Positions 55,401-64,000 of a stretch of DNA of 64,000 nucleotides are shown here, piece after piece. Every line of letters begins with the position of its first letter. The stretch's first letter is position 1. The notes under the pieces were generated by a model. The model did no database searches and was not told the DNA's origin. It worked only from the letters and a program-made list of their open reading frames with translations. The translations under genes were made by a program, and so were the position numbers. The stretch spans positions 23,932,001 through 23,996,000 of the forward strand of contig NC_088853.1 in the NCBI RefSeq assembly GCF_963853765.1, given 5' to 3'. The stretch is from Magallana gigas. Lineage: Eukaryota.

Positions 55401-58051
55401 CACAACACTGATGACATCTCAATAAGTTCTATAAGCGTTTTTACGACTTAAATTTGGAGGACACAATATATTTTTAAATCGGATAAAAACGAAATTTTAA
55501 CAAAAAACGGATAAAAACGGAAATTTACGAAAAAACTCGAAAAAATTTTTTGGGTCGGCGGGTTTAAGTTAGGGTCGGTCGGGAAAGCGGAAACAAACCT
55601 ATTTTTTTTTTAGGCCTTACGTAACCAGCCACCTGTTGACTCGGCGCGTGGTCAATGTTTGTTTAACAATTTCCGGTGTCATAGGCATGCACCTGTCTCG
55701 TGTCGACTTCAAAGGGGGATCTCAAGTGCAGAAAGCTTAGCAATTACTATATGATTTGATGAAACTTGTTTACTTTGTATCCAGTAATGCAGTTACACGC
55801 TATTGTTTTAGATAGACACTGTTAGAAATAGATCGATCATTTGTACAACTTGATAATGACGATATACGACATACATATGTTTCCCAAAAAAATTATCTAA
55901 CAATAACAAAAGAAATGGACAATAATTAATTAATGAACTATAATCACTCTTATAACGGTACTCTTTATATACACAAGGAGTGAAATTGCCGTAAAGATCT
56001 CAGCCTTAGGGCAAGATTATTAACACAACCGGTGTCAGCCTATTGTATAAACAGTAGTATTGATTATTGCCGATTACGTATTTAAAGATTGAATTTGACC
56101 ATTAAATATTTCTGATTTATACTTTCCACTTACAACTCTTTGCTAATAAAATAATTAAATTAAAAATAAAAATATCCCCCGGATCTACTGCAATATTTTC
56201 TTCCATTCAAATTTGGTTTTAATTTTACTGCGCAATGTTATCTTCCTACTAGTGATACATAGAACCATGTGATGATGTGTTTATAAAAACAGAACAGTAA
56301 CACTTTTAATTGATTAAAGACAATGTAACATTTCTTAATAACTGTTGTTATTATTATGTATTTAAGTGTTAACAGATGAGTGAAATGATAATTATTAAAG
56401 ATGAACAGTGAATTCAACAACGTAATTTTCAATCACACAGCCAACTCAAGATAATTAAAACCAAGATTTTTAATGCTATTTTTAACAATTTTCTGACCTC
56501 GAGCCTACGACAAGTCGAACAAGACAATAAGTCGGGTGCTCTGCTTCTGAGAAAAAAAATACTGACTAATCGTCAGGAAAATACGGTACTATACAGGCAA
56601 GACATTACATTTCACTACCTGAGGACCACCACTATGTTATATATATACAGAAGTATTGTTTTCCTTTTAGAGACATAAGGTTACTGATTTGAAGACCAAC
56701 ACTATTTTACAAGAGTGTGTATTTTGGGTGAAACTTTACGTTACGTTACCTGAGGACCACCACAATGGGACTCTCGCTGCCTGTGACCACCATAAGCCCC
56801 TTCCAGATCATCAGAGCCGATGAAACAATCATACCAAAGTTCAACACTTGGTAATAGAGCTGAAAGAGAACAGCAATCAATTGCATTAAAAACTCAAAAT
56901 CAGCCACAAATGGCCTTACAAAGTTGTAATCATATAAGAAGTATGCGATCAAAATTCAAGACATATAATCATTCACGAAAATAATAATGTCATGAAAAGA
57001 TAACATTGAATTAACTTCAAGATTTTGAGTAGCTTCTATTTTAAATCAAGAGATTTTTTTCTTTTTGTACTAGTCTACAGAATTTAACTTTCACAAGTAG
57101 TACAGGTATTTTGAGTGTTGGTAAAATGGCCCCTTAATTTTTTTTCCAATTAATGCATTCTTAGTGTGACAGTGAGATGAGTGTGTACTATAGGATACTA
57201 ATATATACATAAGCTAATGATTTAACTAACTATTTTTTTTTTTCATCAAAACCACTGTGGACTTTTGAACTCGCTTTCTCTCCGGAAACTTGTGAGAGAA
57301 GTTTTATTCAGAAATATTTTTGATTGTGTATGACTTTGAAAACCTACAAGCCCACTGGATTTCTGGACTTTTGATTTTCACTGACCTGACATCAAAATTA
57401 ACTGGCAGTGGTCTTCAATGGTTTAAGAAGAGTTGCAATTATTCTACACAGACTCAGCTCCACTTGATATTTTGGACTTTGTCTTTAACCCTGTTCTTCA
57501 ACGCCAACAATGCCCAAATATTAAGTGAACTGAACCTTCACCGATATTACATGTACTTTAAAGGAAAATAACTATCTAACTGCAATGATAACACGCATCA
57601 TTATTGTAGGCTATATAATAAAATATCAAATTTTCACAGCTCCATTATATATCAAATACTAAAAAGGGGAATTTTAAATTTGCTAGACCGAAAAGTATGC
57701 ACCATATGGTTTGACACGTCGTTCGTCTCGTTTTTATGGGATTCATTACAACACTGCTGTTCTAATACAGTAGTATATTTCTTGCCTAACACATTTGAAC
57801 AAATGATTCAATAAAAGTTCTATTGATCAATCTACAACAAATATTTCCTGCTTCTAAGAAGAATTAATTCACAAAAACTGTTAAGAGAAAACGCGGGCTG
57901 CCAGCGTAAGTTAGATTAAACAATGCCTCATTGATCCAGGTACCTCGAACTGACAAGAAATAATTCGACGATGTTAATGTTAGTCATAATTTACCTGTCT
58001 CGGATTCATACGCCGTACATCGTCCAGGAAATCCATATCTAGCAGTCCCAT
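52437..58051 (-). CDS. SEC11: Signal peptidase complex catalytic subunit SEC11 (181 aa)
   Basis: Exons 58051-57995, 56859-56750, 54504-54355, 53849-53730, 52966-52909 and 52487-52437 give [63 protein letters not shown]...IPIVHRV...[16 protein letters not shown]...[21 protein letters not shown]. The catalytic Ser (SGSMEP) and His (VHRV) are intact. Confidence 0.97.
53997..54332. mobile_element. Kolobok-like MITE in SEC11 intron 3
   Basis: ttaa|ggtggtaatggacacct ... aggtgtcccataccacc|taaa, i.e. an imperfect ~17-bp TIR with a TTAA-like TSD. A degenerate tRNA-like segment lies inside, at about 54104-54165. Confidence 0.65.
55120..55616. mobile_element. PIF/Harbinger-type MITE in SEC11 intron 2
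   Basis: TTA|ggcctaaaaaaaaaataggtttgtttccgcttt ... aaagcggaaacaaacctattttttttttaggcc|TTA, i.e. a ~33-bp TIR with a 3-bp TTA TSD. Confidence 0.85.
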
Positions 58052-58545
58052 TTTGAAAAATCTGGGAATCGTACCGCAAAACAGGAAGCTGACCACAGTT
58101 CTCGCGATACTTCAATACCAAGTCTCGTTATGGCGGTGTTAAGACGATTTGTTTCCTGTCCATTTGGGCTCTGACAGTTTAGACCAAATTGATTACAAAG
58201 ATTTATAAGTTAAAACAAAAGGAAGATGCACAGTATTTCTGTGATAATATAGCCTGTATTGATTTGCTCCTGAAGTAATAGTTTGACGAAAAATGAAATA
58301 AAACAATCGTACATTAACATATTGGATGGTGTAACTAGGCCTAAAATTTACAATATGACAGATTTTATATCGGTATGCAGTAAATTTTGTATCCAAGAAA
58401 TTAAAATTTATTATTTGACATTTGAATTTCACGTGTGCTCTTCAAACGCTCTTAAGAAACGCGAAATTTTTACTGACATGGTTCACATATACATGGTCAA
58501 TTACTTGATTTGTCAGATACAGGTGCACTATAAAGTAATTGTTCT

Positions 58546-58691
58546 TACATGTGTCCTTTCTGACATACATTATTTTTCAAATAATATCTGCAATATGACT
58601 AGTCATTATTTTTCAAATAATATCTGCAATATGACTAGTCATATTGCAGATATTATTTGAAAAATAATGTATGTCAGAAAGGACACATGTA
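58546..58691. repeat. Perfect 60-bp inverted repeat with an internally duplicated spacer
   Basis: 58546-58605 is the exact reverse complement of 58632-58691. The 26-bp spacer copies part of the left arm. Confidence 0.9.
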
Positions 58692-58869
58692 TTTCAAATT
58701 ATCCTCGGCAGGTTGCAATTTTTTCAATTCTTTATTCGCTCAAGACCAGTTCACTGGTATTTGAGGTTCAAAATCAGTATATACAAATGTACGCGAACAC
58801 AGTCAAGGATCACATGTATAGTAGGAGTAATAATAACAAAAAAGGTTAAAATCACAATACAATAGGTTG

Positions 58870-59215
58870 TTAAAGTTGGTTTCTGGAAGAACAGACTTTA
58901 AAAATTTTCTTAATAAAAATTGACAAGTTCTTTAGTAATTCTACATTAAAAGTATTCATGAGCTCGTTAAATTTTATAATATTTGAGTTTTTATAATATC
59001 TCTTGGGTAAAAACATTTTTCTGTCGTTTACAAAATGTGTACATTCTAAAATATAATGAAATTCATCCCCAATACTATTAGAATCACACATTGTACATTT
59101 TCTTAAATGTTTTTCAATATTATGCCATCTACCTGTTTCAATGGGGATTCGATGATTACATGCTCGTAATTTTGTAAACGCGATCCGTAGATCTGTAGGT
59201 AAAATCAACAAGTAC
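58870..59215 (-). mobile_element. 5'-truncated LINE (CR1/L2-like) ORF2 C-terminal fragment
   Basis: The segment FTKLRACNHRIPIETGRW...CTMCDSNSIGDEFHYILEC is the typical post-RT C-terminal region of invertebrate CR1-type LINEs. Confidence 0.8.
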
Positions 59216-59235
59216 TTTTTGCCAAATACTTTTAT

Positions 59236-60040
59236 TATACTTTCATGTTAAATACTGAAATCTGATTGGTTTAGACGCAGTTGGTAATCCGTTTTATTAC
59301 CTAATCAAAGGGATTTTGTTGTTTTATTACAAATAAAATATTTTCGTTTATTTTGTATGTGTATTCAGATTTGCAAGTGATCTGTTGAACTGCCGGTCAA
59401 TAGACTGCGATCTATTAGACCGCCGGTCAATAGACTGTGATCTATTGGACCGCCAACGTATTTTAGAAAAAGTGAAATTTCTACAAGATTAAAATATAAC
59501 TTTATAATGTTTATTTTACTTTTGTTCTAAACATTTATCTTCATGGTATGAAAATCTTAAATTCTGTAATTTATAATTGTAATCACAAAATACTAAAAAC
59601 GGAATTAGGTAATAAAACATTTATTCAATGCCTTAACAGTCAATAGACCCGAATTTTCTCTCCTTGGTGCGGAGAACAGCTCAGTATGATCCGTTGGCCT
59701 CAGGCAATAGAACATAGTGAGCTATTCCTTGCACCTCGGGAAAAATATTCAGGTCTATCGACTGCTCAAGCATTAAATAATTGTATATTGTTACGTGCGC
59801 GTAAATTATGCGCGTACGGGTCGCCGTAGAATTCTCTTCATTTCTGTATAAAAGCAGTAAAATTTTCTCTAAAAATAAGACATTCAGTGTAATAAAATAA
59901 TTAGTGCCTAGCTGTTTGGGAGAGTAACTGTTGAAATTGACACCCCTCGAAAACCATTGCTTCGCGTCGGTTGACAATAGTTTTCTCAGGGTGTCAATTT
60001 CAGCAGTTACCCTTTCAAATTTTTGCACTATTTATATAAT
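59236..60040 (+). mobile_element. Interrupted non-autonomous element with a terminal stem-loop; includes a 26-bp tandem duplication at 59390-59455
   Basis: The ends are attata... and ...tataat. A stem is formed by gtaactgttgaaattgacaccc and gggtgtcaatttcagcagttac (about 59923-60010). Family assignment is from pattern memory only. Confidence 0.5.
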
Positions 60041-61668
60041 ATCATTATTTAACACGTAGACAATCTTTATTGTTCAGAAAATAAACATACACTGTATTAT
60101 ATAAACTGTGCAAACTCAAAGTTCTGAGGAAAGTTCTATACTCATACATGTATATTTTCAATCATATCTTTGTTCACCGCTTGATGCTGTGTTTTGTTTT
60201 CTTTTTTTATGTATTATGTGTTCAAAGTGGCATATAGGCCCGACGGGCCGGGTGTTAAATCTATGCTGACTGTTGTTAATATAACACTTGGATATGTAAC
60301 CACATGTCACTCACTCACTCACTCACTTTTTGAAGATATTTTAGAGAACTAATTCACAAATCTGCATAACCCTTGCTTCCCAATCACCCATTAATGCGAA
60401 AAGTAAAAGTTATAAATCAGTTATATATAAATGTACATTCCACACATTTTTAAAAATAATTTATACTGTACGTGACCTACAGTGTACATATATAAAGAGT
60501 TTATCGAATCTGAAAGCAGTCCAAGCAGTTAAAAAGTAAAATGACATTAAGTGTATTATTGCATCTATCATCTGAATATTAGGAACACATGGGCTATTTT
60601 GATAAAAAGAACAAATTAAAAATAATATATGTTATTTTAACAGGTAATGAACGCCGTATAAATGGTTTTAATTAAATAATTTACTTCCTGGTTTCAAAAA
60701 ATATGTTTGGTGTAAAATAGTGACATAACTATGGATTTTAAAAACATTGTTGTATATTTACTTGGACTAATATCATCAAATGCGTATGATAAGTACATCA
60801 TTTGCAATATTCTGTAATATAACTACTTGAAATGAATTTTATGGCATGTTTCACAAGGGAAGCTATTTGTTAACCTTTCGTAGCACTTTCTGTTACATTT
60901 ATCGCTGCTTTGAGGTTAATCATTGATTTGTTTAACAGGGAAGTAAAAAATACCCCAAGATCGAAGCACGAGGTCAATACGAAGCTAAATCACCACATTA
61001 ATGGACACCCCCCCCCCCCCCCGAAAAAACCAGCATTAGTTGTTTATTATAAGATTCAGTGATAAATTGATACAAAGTTAACACATTTTGCAATTGGGTT
61101 TTATGAAACGCGTGAAACCATAAAATTAACCTTAATTGATTTTGCTAACGTTTGGTTAAACCGAACACAGTGAGATGACAGTATTTTAAATAACCAATTG
61201 TGGCATTTAAAATAGAGCTCAAATATTATACCCACCTGAAGGTTCATGCTCAGTTAAAGATAACTTCTTTATAGAGTCATAGCTATCAGCCAATCATAGA
61301 GCAATAGGAATTAATAATAATTAAAAAAGAAATATAATAAAGTAAAATATTTGAGAGACGATATGTTATTTGTATAAAAAGATGTCATAAAATTACCATG
61401 CATGGAGTGAACAATTGTCAGTTACCTTCAGATGTAAAAAATAATATTTATGAAAATCAATTAAAGGATTACAAGACCTTATTTATTTAACAGAAATATT
61501 GGCTTTATCAATCTGCCTGTAGATTTTTTTTTTCAACAATGGAGTAATATGATATATCAAAATGGGACTTTACATCATTATATATGATTTTTCTTTCTAG
61601 ATTTTAGTAATGTTCTTAGATATAAAACAATTATTGAATAATGACTCGTATTTTCTATTTCTGCACAG

Positions 61669-63898
61669 ACGATTTATCTTTCCAAAAAGTCGCATCACAA
61701 TCAAGCTCATGGTTTGATGGTTTATATAAAGCTAGTTATGCAGTTGATAGAAATACTTCAACATGGGCGAGGATGCTGGAAATAGGCAGGAGCTCTCATT
61801 CCAAGACTGTATGGTGGAGAGTGGATCTTGGTGGGGTGTACAGCATTTACAGTATTAATATACTATTTAAGAACTACGACGGAAATGGTATGTAATTTTG
61901 TATATTACCTAAAATTGTATCACAATGTACACCTAAAGCTCATTGTTCATTCACAAAAAAAAGAACGTCATTCTTCCCAAAAATGGGGGCAAATTTGTTT
62001 TTATGTGTGAATATGGCGCATTATTTTTTTTCTTTTCAGGACTTTAAATTAAAGAAAAACTAAAAGTCATTTGACAAACGTGTATGCAATCGTTTTAAGA
62101 AAATATTTTTAGTGCTTATATCCAGCTGGATTAGTTCATTTTATTCGCATATGTATTTAAAATAATACTTTCAACATAAATGAGGAAATTAATTTCATAC
62201 TAATTTTTTCGACTTAAAACATACCTTGTAGAAAACAGACAACGTGGACGTTTTGCCGGGTTCTCTCTGTATGTATCTAACACCTATGTATCAACTATTA
62301 GTGACATAAAAGGATCCACACTGTGCTACAAGGATGGTCCTCAGTTACCTCCCCTGAACTTTACAACCACGTGTGCTGAATGCGGGCGTTACGTCATCTT
62401 TTACAACGAGCGGCTGGATAGAGTGACCTACCCTACCAATTACGAAGTTGTCAATGTTTATTCTGAGCTCCTTGAAGTTATTGTACAAGGTGTATATTTG
62501 CCCCGAATGATACACATTTATTGCTGTTTTTGAGGTCAATACAATCATTTAGCTACCCTCGAAGTTAAATATTGTACTTCCTTGGTAGTTAAATCATCGT
62601 ATTGACCTAAAAACTGAATAACTATAGCATTGAATCATGATTTTTTGAAGAATACACTCTCATAACTGCAGCGATGTGTGCATACAAATTGAGTAGCGCG
62701 TTATGAAAATTTGTATGCACACACCGCTGCAGTTATGAGAGTGTATACTTCAAAAAGTCATGATTCAATGCTTATATTTACATTTTTTAACTTCTTGCCT
62801 TGTCTGCAAATGTGATTCATACCTAAAAATTCCTATCTTATCCTAAGGGTAAGTTAATATTAATGGAAGAGCCACAGTAACAGCCACAAGCGTGAACTTT
62901 GATTTTCGCTTGTGACGTTGCAGTTTACAGCGTTCAACGTTTGTGACGTCATAATAAAACTCGTCAATTTGACCTTTGACTACTTGTTGCATTTAGAGGC
63001 ATTTGAAGATCACAGAATTTAATGGAAAAAGACAGTAGAATGTAAATATGTGTAATTGTATAACGTTTACTGTTAAAAGTGATCTATGTGACGTCAAAAG
63101 TGCTTTAGGGGGTAGTTAAGATTAGAAAGGAAACCAGTCAAAAAATTTATTTTTGATTTAATAGTTTAAAGTTGTAATTGAAAGAGCGCATTGCATTCGA
63201 AATAATGAAAACCTTAAAGGAAAGAAATTTTTTTCTCTAAAGAAGACACAGATTAACACCTTTGATATCAGTTGTTGAATTTCAGATTGCAACATATTTT
63301 GTTATAGTGAGACTTATTCACCTGATAGTGGTCACTTTTTTTTCTTCAAAATTCTCCAGTTTGTTCTTTTAAATGAAAGAAAATCATTTATTTTTGGTTT
63401 CTTGATCTTTTATAAACGATAATATATGTTAATTCCATGTCATTGAAAATTGTACTTGTTCAGCGCTTAAGCATCGTTTTCACTAAACATGACGACTTTC
63501 TTTGTGTTATTTCTGACATATATTTAAAAAATCAGATAAACAAAAGGTAAATTGTAAACTAATTAAAAAAGATTTACACGTTTTTTTTCAAAAGAAGAAA
63601 ACACTTTAACAATGTTTTCATTTTCTAAAAATCGTAACGTGAATGAAGACCCCCCCCCCCCCTCCGGGGGCAAAAAAAATCCACCTACAATCAAACGATT
63701 ATTACCTTAAATTTAATGATATCAAAATGGTCAATGTCATTCCCAATGTCTTTTGAATGTTTTTTGCAGGAGCTTACACGTATGGTAGAAACTGTGACGC
63801 CCCTTGTCCCTCAAACTGTAAGGACAACATTTGTCACATTGACTATGGAACATGTTAAGGGTGTAAACCTGGATGGACGGGGTTGTCTTGCACTATGA
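61669..63898 (+). pseudogene. Fucolectin/F5-8C-EGF (MEGF10-like) gene, partial, with an in-frame TAA
   Basis: Phase-1 exons 61669-61887, 62232-62489 and 63770-63898 read DDLSFQKVASQS..YAVDRN..VWWRVDLGGVYSIYSINILFKNY..RQRGRFAGFSLYVSN..LCYKDGPQLPPLNF..GRYVIFYNERL..EVIVQG, then EGF-like YGRNCDAPCPSNCKDNICHIDYGTC*GCKPGWTGLSC with TAA at 63856-63858. The gene continues beyond the window. Confidence 0.75.
62623..62776. mobile_element. ~150-bp palindromic MITE in an intron; a second imperfect hairpin is adjacent at about 62527-62613
   Basis: tatagcattgaatcatga..gaagaatacactctcataactgcagcgatgtgtgcatacaaatt ... aatttgtatgcacacaccgctgcagttatgagagtgtatacttc..tcatgattcaatgcttata. Confidence 0.8.
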
Positions 63899-64000
63899 GT
63901 ATGATCTGTTTCATAAAAAAATATACATTTTATCTTGTTTGAGATTCTTACAGTAAGAGACACTTGTGTAACTTTGTCTATTGCAGTTATATATTTATTA

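Noticed and set aside
60820-60915. Candidate signal-peptide exon of the fucolectin-EGF gene
   Set aside because: The hydrophobic frame contains a stop, and the donor phase does not match the phase-1 acceptor at 61669. Left unassigned.

Overview
AT-rich, intron-containing eukaryotic genomic DNA, almost certainly from a bivalve. Pacific oyster (Crassostrea/Magallana) or a close relative is inferred from the gene families and repeat styles, not from a search. There are two short N-gaps, at 6995-7128 and 48685-48812. Seven spliced gene models were built by hand from GT-AG sites and reading-frame continuity: (1) a RING-less B-box/coiled-coil/NHL TRIM-like gene (+, 11037-12698); (2) a two-exon gene with a chitin-binding type-2-like Cys motif and a low-complexity tail (+, 19807-22175); (3) an AA15-family LPMO-like gene (-, 28662-22939); (4) a Rieske-domain gene, RFESD-like (+, 30729-36089); (5) a secreted Cys-rich precursor with at least 14 exons (-, 49770-36799); (6) signal peptidase subunit SEC11 (-, 58051-52437); (7) a fucolectin/F5-8C-EGF (MEGF10-like) gene with an in-frame stop (+, from 61669, continuing past the window). 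The rest is transposon-derived: LINE 3' fragments, TA-TSD TIR elements, a Mutator-type MITE with a 9-bp TSD, Harbinger and Kolobok MITEs, a satellite-carrying Helentron, a tandem Helitron and palindromic MITEs. The two strongest leads are as follows. The AA15 protein has lost both copper-binding histidines (His1 to Arg, second His to Ile) but keeps the fold residues. The Cys-rich precursor has antistasin-like modules separated by convertase and amidation sites, then a mucin stalk and a three-finger-like domain. No CRISPR arrays, rRNA or convincing tRNA genes were seen.
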